DNA from: Deferribacterales bacterium | Lineage (GTDB): Bacteria; Chrysiogenota; Deferribacteres; Deferribacterales; Geovibrionaceae | Assembly (NCBI GenBank): GCA_050251875.1 | Contig: JBFWMA010000004.1 | Coordinates: 128,001-192,000 of the forward strand | Direction of reading: 5' to 3' | Length of the DNA: 64,000 nt | Shown: in pieces, positions 20,478 to 30,912 of the stretch | Layout: each line of letters starts with the position of its first letter | Numbering within the stretch: position 1 is the stretch's first letter | Translations under genes and position numbers: made by a program | Notes under the pieces: model-generated | What the model saw: the letters and a program-made list of their open reading frames with translations, nothing else | Told to the model about the DNA's origin: nothing | Databases searched by the model: none

Positions 20478-21593
20478 ATGAAAAAAATAGGCATAATAGG
20501 CTCCACAGGTTCCATCGGCACACAGGCTCTGGATGTCGTCAGACGCAATCCCGAGATGTTCGAGGTGGTCTTCTTAAGCTGTCACGGAAACGTTGAACTG
20601 CTTAAGAAACAGTATGAGGAGTTCAAGCCGAAATTCATCTGCTCTGCCGAAGGCTGTCACGAAAAAAAGACATCCGTAAGCGACATAATCAATAATGAAG
20701 ATCTGGACATTGTGCTTCTGGCGGCGGTGGGCGCGGCAGGCGCAGTATATGCCTTCGACACCGTGAAGAGGGGCATTTCTCTGGCTCTGGCTAATAAAGA
20801 GTCCATAGTGGCGTCCGGCAGGCTTCTGCTCGATCTGGCGAAGAAGACCGGGGCGAGGATAATCCCCGTGGATTCCGAGCATTCCGCCATCTTTCAGTGT
20901 CTGGAAGGGCACGATAAAAAATTTCTGGAAAAGATAACGCTCACAGCCAGCGGCGGCGCTTTCCGCAACACTCCGGTGGACGCTATGGAATACGTCACTC
21001 TGTCGCAGGCGCTGACCCATCCTAACTGGTCTATGGGCAGCAAGATTACGGTGGACAGCTCCACCATGATGAACAAGGGGCTGGAGCTTATCGAAGCGAG
21101 ATTTCTGTTCGATGTGGAACCGGACAAGCTGGATGTTGTTATACATCCTCAGTCCGTGGTTCACTCTTTCGTTTCATATAAAGACGGCAGCATGATAGCC
21201 CAGATGGGGCATCCGGACATGCGCACGCCCATAGCCTATGCCCTGGCGTATCCCGGCAGAATAGACAGCGGTGTAAAACCTCTGAATCTGGCGGAAGCCG
21301 GGTGTCTGACTTTCTATGAGCCGGACATGACGAAATATCCATGTCTTCAGACCGCCATTGAGGTATTGAAAAAAGATAGAAACGCTCCTATGATAGTCAT
21401 GAACGCCGCCAACGAGATAGCCGTTTCCGAGTTTATCCTCGGAAAAATCAGATTTTCTGATATTTCATGTGTGATAAATGACGTTCTCGATTGTCTATCT
21501 CCCAGAGAGCCCGAATGTTTTGACGATGTTCTGGCTGTGGACGGTGAAAGCAGGGCGATAGCCCGAAAAGTTGTTACGAGGTACAATATATAA
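20478..21593 (+). CDS. dxr: 1-deoxy-D-xylulose 5-phosphate reductoisomerase
   Basis: GSTGSIG, LANKES, PVDSEH, HPNWSMGSKITVDS. Confidence 0.98.
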   Translation: MKKIGIIGSTGSIGTQALDVVRRNPEMFEVVFLSCHGNVELLKKQYEEFKPKFICSAEGCHEKKTSVSDIINNEDLDIVLLAAVGAAGAVYAFDTVKRGISLALANKESIVASGRLLLDLAKKTGARIIPVDSEHSAIFQCLEGHDKKFLEKITLTASGGAFRNTPVDAMEYVTLSQALTHPNWSMGSKITVDSSTMMNKGLELIEARFLFDVEPDKLDVVIHPQSVVHSFVSYKDGSMIAQMGHPDMRTPIAYALAYPGRIDSGVKPLNLAEAGCLTFYEPDMTKYPCLQTAIEVLKKDRNAPMIVMNAANEIAVSEFILGKIRFSDISCVINDVLDCLSPREPECFDDVLAVDGESRAIARKVVTRYNI

Positions 21594-22648
21594 TGGGAAT
21601 CATATCCGCGGTCATCCTTCTGGGTGTGCTGATATTCATACACGAGCTCGGGCATTTTCTTCTGGCAAAAAGCAGAGGCGTTCTGGTGGAACGTTTTTCC
21701 ATCGGTTTCGGACCAGTCATATATAAATGGACAAGGGGCGAGACGGAATACGCCCTGTCTGCCATTCCGCTCGGCGGATATGTGAAGATGTACGGAGAAC
21801 AGCCGGACGCCGAGGTAGACCCGGAGCTGGCGAGCCGTTCCTTCTCCAACAAATCCGTTTTCTCCAGATTTCTGATAGTGGCTGCCGGACCTTTCTTCAA
21901 CTTTATTCTGGCAGTGTTCATATATTCAGTCATTTTCATGGCAGGCACCCCCCGTTTTCTGGCGGATGTGGGCGATGTCGCTCCGGATTCCGCCGCCTCC
22001 GTTGCAGGAGTCATGAAGGGCGACATGATAAAGTCCATAGACGGAATAGATATGAAGTTCTGGGACGATATGACCGCCTATGTTCAGGAACACGGCGGAA
22101 AACCGCTTCATTTTGTCATAGACAGAGGCGGAAAAGACATAGAGCTGACTATCACTCCTATGCTTGTTAAGGACAAGAACCTTTTCGGCGAGGATATAGA
22201 GATCGGACGAGTGGGCATCGTCAGGGGCGAACGAAGCGTTATTGAGCGTGAAAACCCTCTGAAAGCTGTCTACAGCGGTTTCGAGCAGACATACAGAATA
22301 TCCGAGATGATGGTTATAGGAATAGTAAAACTGTTTCAGAAGGCTGTCCCCGCTGACTCCATCGGCGGACCAATCATGATAGTCAAGATGGCGAAAGACT
22401 CAGCGGAAACAGGTTTTCTGAGCTTTTTCAGCTTTATGGCTGTCATCAGCATCAACCTCGGTATACTCAACCTTCTCCCCATCCCCGTTTTGGACGGCGG
22501 ACACATCCTTTTCCTCATTATAGAGACCATAACACGCAGACCCGTCAGCATCCGGGTGAGAGAAATCTCCAATATGTTCGGCATGGCGTTTCTGTTTTTT
22601 GTTATGTTTTTCGCTTTCTATAATGATATCACAAGATTTTTTAAATAA
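21593..22648 (+). CDS. rseP: RIP metalloprotease RseP
   Basis: HELGH, PDZ domain, NLLPIPVLDGG. Confidence 0.96.
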   Translation: MGIISAVILLGVLIFIHELGHFLLAKSRGVLVERFSIGFGPVIYKWTRGETEYALSAIPLGGYVKMYGEQPDAEVDPELASRSFSNKSVFSRFLIVAAGPFFNFILAVFIYSVIFMAGTPRFLADVGDVAPDSAASVAGVMKGDMIKSIDGIDMKFWDDMTAYVQEHGGKPLHFVIDRGGKDIELTITPMLVKDKNLFGEDIEIGRVGIVRGERSVIERENPLKAVYSGFEQTYRISEMMVIGIVKLFQKAVPADSIGGPIMIVKMAKDSAETGFLSFFSFMAVISINLGILNLLPIPVLDGGHILFLIIETITRRPVSIRVREISNMFGMAFLFFVMFFAFYNDITRFFK

Positions 22649-22708
22649 TTTTTAATCTCTCTTATCAGTAGTTTAGCCGCGATTGTAAGTTTTTTTTAAT
22701 TTTTCCTC

Positions 22709-22736
22709 TAAAGATATGTTTTGATTATGCCGAAAA
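22709..22736 (+). promoter_or_regulatory. sigma28 (FliA) promoter of flagellin
   Basis: TAAA(22709-22712)-16 nt-GCCGAAAA(22729-22736), close to the consensus TAAA-N15/16-GCCGATAA. Confidence 0.85.
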
Positions 22737-22742
22737 GAATAC

Positions 22743-22786
22743 TGCGCAGGGATGCGCATGACCTCTATTGAAACAATCAAGGAGGA
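22743..22786 (+). promoter_or_regulatory. Two CsrA/RsmA-type binding sites in the flagellin leader
   Basis: Hairpin TGCGCA-GGGA-TGCGCA (22743-22758) with GGA in the loop; a second ANGGA overlaps the SD AAGGAGGA (22779-22786). Confidence 0.75.
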
Positions 22787-22790
22787 TAGA

Positions 22791-25196
22791 ATGGCACTTA
22801 CAGTCTATCAAAACGTTGCATCTTTGAACTCACAAAGATACTTGGGTATCAACCAGACAGCGATGTCCACATCGATCGAAAGACTCTCATCAGGTCTTCG
22901 CATTAACCACGCCGCAGACGACGCATCAGGTCTTGCAATATCAGAGAAATTAAGAGGTCAAATTACCGGTCTCGAACGCGCTTCTATGAACGCGCAGGAC
23001 GGTATCTCTATGCTGCAAACTGCTGAAGGCGCTCTCGACGAAGTCAGCTCCATGCTCCAGAGGATGCGTGAGCTCGCTGTACAGGCCGCAAACGGCACCT
23101 ACACATCTAATGACAGAACAGAGATCCAGAAAGAGGTTGAACAGCTGAAAGCAGAGATCGACAGAATCTCCACAGCGACTGAGTTCAACACCAAAAAACT
23201 CCTGAACGGAGACGGAACAGCTCTGTGGTCATCAAGCTCCAGCAATATCGAAGCAATAATCAGAGACGAGGTAGCCGAAGGCAACTACAAGATCACTCTT
23301 GAAACAGTAGCCGGCGACAACCAGGTCTACAAAACAGACATTATGACACTGAACGATGATGTCATCGGTACAGAGATAGTGACAGCGGGCGGAGACGTCA
23401 ACGACACTAACGTTGCCAGCGTATCAGACGCGGCTTCTCTTGCCGCATCAGGCAGCAGCTACTATACAGTGACAGTGGGCGACATCACAGCCGCCGGCAC
23501 AGCATCTGTTGAGACAGTGGGATCATACCTCCAGTCAGGTTCTATGTTCTCAGTGTCCAGCGCATCTGTGACAACAACAGTCGCAAGCTCAGGTTATTTT
23601 GAAGTAAAATTCACAGATAACATAACATCAGCTTCCAGCACCGCTGTAGCATATTCAGCCATGGTAAGATACATTGACGCTTCCACAGGCTGGACAGGCG
23701 AATGGGTACAGGTTGATGTATCATCAAGCGGTACAATCGTTTCCATAGATTCAGCATCCGCTACTATGGCTAACCTTATAAACTCCGCAGGTTCTTCACT
23801 GGCGTTCAACCTTGACATAGCCATCGGAAGCAGCGGTTCTGTACAGGACGGCGATAAAGTGCTTCTGGCTGTCACAGGCGCCACAGACGTTGCCGCTGTT
23901 GACATAGCCTCATCAGGCGGCGGTACCATCAAAATAACAGGCGGACCTCTGTCTCAGAACGGTCCCACTATCCACTATACCGCTATCAACAGCCTTACCA
24001 ACCCTGATAACGGCGACTATTTCGTGGATACAACAGATGTTGAAGTGTACTACGCTACAATCAACTCCGACACAGGTAACCTTGACATAGGTTCTCTTGT
24101 AATCAACTTTAAAGAAACAGACAACCTCGGCACAGGATCAGCGGGTATGACTATGACAGGCGATTTCAGCCTGAAAGTCACAGGAGCAGGCGAAGCCGCC
24201 GCTTCCACAACCAAGCTGAAAGACATATCTGTCTTCACAGATTCAGACGGAAACAACCTGTTCGACAACAAACAGGAACTGACTATCTGGGGTAACGGAA
24301 CATCCGCCACCATCTATCTGGAAGCAGACGACACTATAGCAGATCTTGAAGAAAAACTTACTAACGCCATAGTAAACGACCTTGGAATGGGATCAGACAA
24401 CAACACCGTGAACAGCCACCTGGTGGACTATGTCTCCGTGGCAACATCATCAGGCGACCAGTCTGTTGAAGGTACATTCATCATCCAGACAGCCCTCACA
24501 GGCGAGCAGGGTGAGATAGCCTTCTCCGGTGACGAAGACCTGATCAACGCTCTCAGCCTGAACGTTATTCAGGAAGCAGAGAACAACACAACAAAAGTGA
24601 CCGTATATGACGCCCACACAGGCGAGCTGATCGGAACAGACGAAACAGGCAACGACAGAGTATACGGAATCATCGATGGTGTTGAGATTGTTCTGGACTC
24701 CAGAGCGGGTGTCAACGAATCATGGGACGACGTTAACAGCAATGTGGTTTTCAGCACAAATGAAGATGTTGCTAACGAGCAATATTTCCTCCACATAGTT
24801 GACAATTCCACAGACCTTCAGATCGGAGCCAACGCCGGACAGACACTGGCAGTGAGCATTCCTCAGCTTGATGTTACCGGTCTCGGTCTGGACAACCTTA
24901 CACTCGTGTCACAGGAACTGGCTCAGGCAGCTATTCCGGACATAGACGCCGCTATCGACATGGTGGTAAGCGTCAGAGCGACCATAGGCGCCCAGGTAAA
25001 CAGACTCGAATACACAATCAACAACCTTGACACAGCCAACGAAAACATGACAGCGGCTGAATCAAGGATCAGAGACCTTGATATGGCTGAAGAAATGTCA
25101 ACTTACACCCAGTATCAGGTTCTGACACAGGCAGGTATATCAATGCTGGCTCAGGCCAACTCTGTACCTCAGATGGCTCTTCAGCTTCTTCAGTAA
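22791..25196 (+). CDS. fliC: Flagellin, 801 aa, with a large S/T/G/D-rich central region
   Basis: N-terminal ERLSSGLRINHAADDASGLAISE...QRMRELAVQAANGT; C-terminal GAQVNRLE...AESRIRDLDMA...MLAQAN; ATG 22791 follows the SD AAGGAGGA. Confidence 0.97.
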   Translation: MALTVYQNVASLNSQRYLGINQTAMSTSIERLSSGLRINHAADDASGLAISEKLRGQITGLERASMNAQDGISMLQTAEGALDEVSSMLQRMRELAVQAANGTYTSNDRTEIQKEVEQLKAEIDRISTATEFNTKKLLNGDGTALWSSSSSNIEAIIRDEVAEGNYKITLETVAGDNQVYKTDIMTLNDDVIGTEIVTAGGDVNDTNVASVSDAASLAASGSSYYTVTVGDITAAGTASVETVGSYLQSGSMFSVSSASVTTTVASSGYFEVKFTDNITSASSTAVAYSAMVRYIDASTGWTGEWVQVDVSSSGTIVSIDSASATMANLINSAGSSLAFNLDIAIGSSGSVQDGDKVLLAVTGATDVAAVDIASSGGGTIKITGGPLSQNGPTIHYTAINSLTNPDNGDYFVDTTDVEVYYATINSDTGNLDIGSLVINFKETDNLGTGSAGMTMTGDFSLKVTGAGEAAASTTKLKDISVFTDSDGNNLFDNKQELTIWGNGTSATIYLEADDTIADLEEKLTNAIVNDLGMGSDNNTVNSHLVDYVSVATSSGDQSVEGTFIIQTALTGEQGEIAFSGDEDLINALSLNVIQEAENNTTKVTVYDAHTGELIGTDETGNDRVYGIIDGVEIVLDSRAGVNESWDDVNSNVVFSTNEDVANEQYFLHIVDNSTDLQIGANAGQTLAVSIPQLDVTGLGLDNLTLVSQELAQAAIPDIDAAIDMVVSVRATIGAQVNRLEYTINNLDTANENMTAAESRIRDLDMAEEMSTYTQYQVLTQAGISMLAQANSVPQMALQLLQ

Positions 25197-25233
25197 GGAT
25201 GAGCTAATATAATTTACCAGGGAGGGTATAACT

Positions 25234-25401
25234 ATGGCTGCTATGAGTGTACCGAAAAAGGATAATAATAAATCTCAGATGGATCAGCTTCAGGAAATAC
25301 TTAAGGAGATGTTCCAGTCAAACTTCTATGGATCAGTCGAAGTAAAATTCGAGGCAGGAAGAGTGACTATCATCCGTAAGACAGAATCAGTGAAGCTGTA
25401 A
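25234..25401 (+). CDS. 55-aa YezD/DUF2292-like small protein (below the ORF-track cutoff)
   Basis: MAAMSVPKKDNNKSQMDQLQEILKEMFQSNFYGSVEVKFEAGRVTIIRKTESVKL; SD GGAGGG; the YGSVE...GRV..I...E..K pattern resembles DUF2292. Confidence 0.75.
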   Translation: MAAMSVPKKDNNKSQMDQLQEILKEMFQSNFYGSVEVKFEAGRVTIIRKTESVKL

Positions 25402-25426
25402 CAGCGATATAATATCAGATGTCTTG

Positions 25427-25458
25427 AGGGCGGGGAGATTCCCCGCCCTTGTTGTTTA
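25427..25458 (+). terminator. Rho-independent terminator after fliC and the small ORF
   Basis: AGGGCGGGGA-gat-TCCCCGCCCT followed by a T-rich TGTTGTTT. Confidence 0.8.
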
Positions 25459-25481
25459 TATTGTATATCTGAAACCTATAG

Positions 25482-26504
<1,023 letters not shown>

Positions 26505-27668
26505 ATGTCATTTATTCCTTACGGCAGACAGAGCATAGACAAAGAAGATATAGAAGCGGTGGCGGAGGTTCTGCGGTCTGATTTTCTGACGACAGGACCA
26601 AAAGTGGCTGAGTTCGAGCAGGCGATCTGCTCCTATACCGGAGCGAAATACGCCGTGGCGGTGTCCAACGGCACTGCGGCTCTGCATCTGGCTTCTCTGG
26701 CTCTCCTTCAGGAGGGCGATAAAGTAATCACCACGCCCAACTCATTCGTTGCCACATCGAACGGAATACTCTATGCCGGCTGTGAGCCGGTCTTCTGCGA
26801 CATAGCCGATGACGGCAATATCGACCTCGACCTGTGCGGCGAGATGATAAAGAACGACAGATCCATCAAGGCGCTCTATGCCGTTCATTTCTCCGGCAAC
26901 CCCGTCAGCCAGCAAAAGCTGAAAGAGCTGAAAGAGACATACGGCATAAAAATTCTGGAAGACTGCGCCCATTCCATCGGCGCCAGAGACGGCGGAAAGA
27001 GAGCCGGAAGCTGTTATGCCTCTGACTGTTCCATTCTGTCGTTTCACCCGGTAAAACACCTTACAACGGGCGAGGGCGGCGCTGTCACCACCAATTCTAA
27101 AGAGATATACGACAAGGTAACGGCTCTGCGCAGCCACGGCATAGTCCGTGACGGGTTTACCGAAGACTCCATGGCTTATGACGAAAAGGGCAGTCATAAC
27201 CCATGGTATTACGAGATGCAGGAGCTGGGATACAATTACCGCATAACTGACATTCAGTGCGCTCTGGGGCTGTCACAGTTTAAGAAACTGGACGGGTTCA
27301 TAATGAGGCGTCATGACATAGCGAAAAAATACGACAGGGAGTTCGCCCACGGAATAGTGCGCCCGCTCTATGAGTTTGACATCAGGTCGTCATATCACCT
27401 TTATGTCGCCAGAACTGATTTCGACATAGCGGACATGAGCCGGGCGGAGTTCTTCATGAAGATGCGTGAGAAGAATATAGGGCTTCAGCTCCACTATATC
27501 CCCATAAACAAACAGCCTTATTATAAGTCGCTGGGATACGGCGGTGAACATACCCCCGCCATGGACAGCTATTACAGAGAGTGTTTCTCTCTGCCCATGT
27601 ATCCGGGGCTGACCGACACTGAACAGGACTATGTGATAGACGCTGTGAAGGAAATTCTTTATGGATAA
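26505..27668 (+). CDS. pseC: UDP-4-amino-4,6-dideoxy-AltNAc transaminase
   Basis: IPYGRQSI, SNGTAALH, SFHPVKHLTTGEGG, WYYEMQELGYNYR. Confidence 0.94.
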   Translation: MSFIPYGRQSIDKEDIEAVAEVLRSDFLTTGPKVAEFEQAICSYTGAKYAVAVSNGTAALHLASLALLQEGDKVITTPNSFVATSNGILYAGCEPVFCDIADDGNIDLDLCGEMIKNDRSIKALYAVHFSGNPVSQQKLKELKETYGIKILEDCAHSIGARDGGKRAGSCYASDCSILSFHPVKHLTTGEGGAVTTNSKEIYDKVTALRSHGIVRDGFTEDSMAYDEKGSHNPWYYEMQELGYNYRITDIQCALGLSQFKKLDGFIMRRHDIAKKYDREFAHGIVRPLYEFDIRSSYHLYVARTDFDIADMSRAEFFMKMREKNIGLQLHYIPINKQPYYKSLGYGGEHTPAMDSYYRECFSLPMYPGLTDTEQDYVIDAVKEILYG

Positions 27669-28368
27669 GGCGATAGCGGTTATCCCCGCCAGGGGCGGCA
27701 GCAAGCGCATACCACGGAAAAACATAAAAGATTTTCACGGAAAACCTCTGATAGCTTACTCCATTCAGGCGGCTCTGGACTGCGGAATGTTCGACAGGGT
27801 GGTGGTCTCCACAGATGATGAGGAGATAGCCGAAACCGCAAAGAAATACGGCGCCGAAGTGCCGTTCGTCAGACCGAAAGAGCTGGCGGATGATTTCACT
27901 GGTACGGCGGACGTGGTTAACCACGCCGTTGAGTTTTATGAGAAACAGGGCATAGTCTATGACTATGTCTGCACGATATATGCCACCGCTCCGTTCATCC
28001 GGGCGGAATATCTGGCGGAGGGCTATAAGCTGCTGAAAAACAGCGATGCCGTGAACGCTTTCTCCTGCGCCTCCATGCCTTTTCCGGTTCAGAGGACGTT
28101 CGCCATAACAGAAGACGGCAGAGCGGAGATGTTTCAGCCGGAGTGTTACTCCATGCGCAGTCAGGATCTGAAAGAGGCGTATCAGGACGCCGGACAGTTC
28201 TATTGGACGCACAGAAAGAGACAGAAAGAGCACACGGGCGAGGTGATGTTCAGCAGGGTGAGCATACCCGTTGTGATCCCCCGCTATCTGGTGCAGGACA
28301 TAGACACGCCGGAGGACTGGCAGAGAGCCGAGCTGATGTATGAGGTCATACAGAGAACGCATGGCTAA
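27661..28368 (+). CDS. pseF: Pseudaminic acid cytidylyltransferase
   Basis: IPARGGSKRIPRKNI, IYATAPF, RSQDL..AYQDAGQFYW, DIDTPEDW. Confidence 0.94.
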   Translation: MDKAIAVIPARGGSKRIPRKNIKDFHGKPLIAYSIQAALDCGMFDRVVVSTDDEEIAETAKKYGAEVPFVRPKELADDFTGTADVVNHAVEFYEKQGIVYDYVCTIYATAPFIRAEYLAEGYKLLKNSDAVNAFSCASMPFPVQRTFAITEDGRAEMFQPECYSMRSQDLKEAYQDAGQFYWTHRKRQKEHTGEVMFSRVSIPVVIPRYLVQDIDTPEDWQRAELMYEVIQRTHG

Positions 28369-29248
28369 GGTTATCATCAGAGCCGATTCATCACACAGCA
28401 TAGGCACAGGGCATATCATGCGCTGTATGGTGCTGGCGGAGCAGTTTGACAATGTGCTGTTCGCCGTCAGAGAGCTGGACGGCAGTATCAACATCAGAAT
28501 AAAATACCCGGTGCATATACTGAAAAGCGGCGATGCTGATGAGCTGGCAGAGCTGATAAAAGAGCATAAGGCAGAGACACTTGTCATCGATCATTACGGC
28601 ATAGGCTTTGATGACGAAAAGAGGATAAAGGAGCTGACGGGAGTCAGGCTTTTTTGTCTGGACGACACATATGAGAAGCATTTCTGCGATGTGCTCCTGA
28701 ACCACAACGTCTCGGCAGACGCCGAAAGATATCGGGGGCTGGTGCCGGAACACTGCGAACTGAGGTGCGGGGCGGAATACACCCTTCTGCGTCCGGAATT
28801 CCGCAGACAGAAGGAAGCCGGCAGACGATATGAAAAAAACAGGGTTTTTGTGGCGATGGGCGGGGCGGACACCGCAGGGCTGAACGAGAAGATATGTGGG
28901 GTACTCTCCCGTTTTTCTCTGGATATCAGCGTTATAACCACCACAGCTAACGCCGGGCTCGAATCGCTCAGAAAATATGCCGGGCAGAACAAAAATGTTG
29001 AGCTGTGCGTTAACGCCGAAAATGTGGCGGAGATAATGAACCGGAGCTGTTTCGGCGTCATTACCCCCAGCGTCACCGCGAACGAGGCTTATTATCTGGG
29101 TGTTCCCGTGATCGCCGTTAAGACGGCGGACAACCAGAAAGACATATATGAGTTTCTGAAAAAGCAGGGTTTCTGTGTCATGGAAGAGCTGGACACGGAA
29201 AAACTGATAAAATGTGTAAAAGACACAACAGACGGATGTGAAAAATGA
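28361..29248 (+). CDS. pseG: UDP-sugar hydrolase PseG
   Basis: IRADSSHSIGTGHIMRC, IDHY, YTLLRPEF, AMGGAD, ADNQ; ATG 28361 overlaps the end of pseF. Confidence 0.9.
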   Translation: MAKVIIRADSSHSIGTGHIMRCMVLAEQFDNVLFAVRELDGSINIRIKYPVHILKSGDADELAELIKEHKAETLVIDHYGIGFDDEKRIKELTGVRLFCLDDTYEKHFCDVLLNHNVSADAERYRGLVPEHCELRCGAEYTLLRPEFRRQKEAGRRYEKNRVFVAMGGADTAGLNEKICGVLSRFSLDISVITTTANAGLESLRKYAGQNKNVELCVNAENVAEIMNRSCFGVITPSVTANEAYYLGVPVIAVKTADNQKDIYEFLKKQGFCVMEELDTEKLIKCVKDTTDGCEK

Positions 29249-29895
29249 AATACGCTGTTCTGACATCGCCCGGTCAGTGGTTTATCCCGTATGCGGAAGA
29301 GCTGGCAAGCAGGATAGAGGGAGCTGATCTCTTCTTCGATCATAAAGAGATAGGCGTGGAATACGACACCGTGTTCATCCTAAGCTATCACAGGATCATA
29401 GGGCGTGAGTATCTGGACAGACACAGGCACAATATAGTCATCCACGGAAGCGACCTGCCCGCCGGAAAAGGCTGGGCGCCTGTCTTCTGGCAGGTGATAG
29501 AGGGCAGGAACGAAATAGTCTTCACCATGTTCGAGGCTTCTGACGGCGTGGACAACGGCGATGTCTATATGAAAGAAGTCATGAAACTCAGAGGCTCCGA
29601 GCTGAATGAGGAGATAAGGGATCTTCAGGCGAGAACCATCATAGACATGTGTCTGAGATTCTGCGCCGATTACGACAAATATAAAACTCCGGTGAAACAG
29701 AGCGGAGACGAGACTTTTTACCCGAAGAGAGGGGCGAAGGACGGCGAGCTGGACATAGACAAAACCATCAGAGAGCAGTTCAACCTGCTCAGGACGGTTC
29801 ATAACGAAGATTATCCGGCGTTCTTTTATATGGACGGCAAAAAATATATTTTAAAGATATTCAGAGAGGACAGCGATGAAGATAGGCAGCTTTGA
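29245..29895 (+). CDS. Sugar N-formyltransferase (Fmt/PseJ-like) in the pse cluster
   Basis: Formyltransferase fold motifs LSYHRII, IHGSDLP.GKGWAP..WQ, DGVDNGD, NLLR...NEDYPAFF; ATGA overlap with pseG. Confidence 0.85.
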   Translation: MKYAVLTSPGQWFIPYAEELASRIEGADLFFDHKEIGVEYDTVFILSYHRIIGREYLDRHRHNIVIHGSDLPAGKGWAPVFWQVIEGRNEIVFTMFEASDGVDNGDVYMKEVMKLRGSELNEEIRDLQARTIIDMCLRFCADYDKYKTPVKQSGDETFYPKRGAKDGELDIDKTIREQFNLLRTVHNEDYPAFFYMDGKKYILKIFREDSDEDRQL

Positions 29896-30901
29896 GATAG
29901 GCACAGGCAAAACGTTTATAATAGCCGAGCTGAGCGCCAATCACAACGGAAGCCTGCAAACCGCTCTGGATACCATTACGGCGGCTAAGGAAGTCGGGGC
30001 GGACGCTGTGAAGCTCCAGACATATACAGCAGACACTCTGACGCTGAACTGCGACAGGGACGATTTTGTCATAAAAGGCGGCACCCTGTGGGACAACAGA
30101 ACCATGTATAGCCTGTATCAGGAGGCGTATACCCCCTGGGAGTGGCACAGACAGCTTTTCGAGCACGCCAGAGGTCTGGGACTGGATATTTTCTCCACCC
30201 CTTTCGACAGGTCGGCGGTGGATTTTCTGGAACAGTTTAACCCCACAGCCTACAAGATAGCGTCTTTTGAGATAACAGATTATGAGCTTATCAGATACAT
30301 AGCGAAAAAAGGCAGACCTGTCATCATCTCCACGGGAATAGCTGAATTACAGGAGACAGAAGACGCCGTAAGTATCTGCCGAGAAGAGGGAAACAGAGAC
30401 ATCATCCTGCTTCAGTGCACCAGCGCCTATCCGGCGCCTCTGGAAGACGCCAACCTGCTGACTATTCCGGATATGGAGCGCAGATTCGGTGTTTTCGCCG
30501 GATTTTCCGACCACACCACAGGCATCACCGCTCCGGTGGCGGCAGTGGCTCTGGGAGCGAAGGTGATAGAGAAGCATTTCATTCTGGACAGGAGCATAGG
30601 CGGACCCGACAGCGGTTTTTCGCTGAACAGACAGGAGTTCGGGGAGATGGTTCAGGCTGTGAGAGATACGGAAAAGATGCTGGGCAGACCGGACTATTCT
30701 CTGACAGATAAGAAGAAAAAGAGCAGACAGTTCAGCCGCAGTCTCTATGCGGCAAAAGATATAAAAAAGGGCGAGACATTCACCGAAGAAAATATCAGAA
30801 GCGTCAGACCCGGATACGGCATGCACCCGAAATATCTGAAAGATATTCTGGGAAAGAGAGCAGAGCGGGATTACAGCTTCGGCGACAGATTTGAGTGGTA
30901 G
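29876..30901 (+). CDS. pseI: Pseudaminic acid synthase
   Basis: [41 protein letters not shown]-terminal SAF domain (RSVRPGYG). Confidence 0.95.
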   Translation: MKIGSFEIGTGKTFIIAELSANHNGSLQTALDTITAAKEVGADAVKLQTYTADTLTLNCDRDDFVIKGGTLWDNRTMYSLYQEAYTPWEWHRQLFEHARGLGLDIFSTPFDRSAVDFLEQFNPTAYKIASFEITDYELIRYIAKKGRPVIISTGIAELQETEDAVSICREEGNRDIILLQCTSAYPAPLEDANLLTIPDMERRFGVFAGFSDHTTGITAPVAAVALGAKVIEKHFILDRSIGGPDSGFSLNRQEFGEMVQAVRDTEKMLGRPDYSLTDKKKKSRQFSRSLYAAKDIKKGETFTEENIRSVRPGYGMHPKYLKDILGKRAERDYSFGDRFEW

Positions 30902-30912
30902 GAGAGAAGAAA

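Noticed and set aside
22752..22790. 13-aa N-terminal extension of flagellin in the ORF track
   Set aside because: That ATG lies inside the leader hairpin; the SD AAGGAGGA and the flagellin-like N-terminus support 22791.
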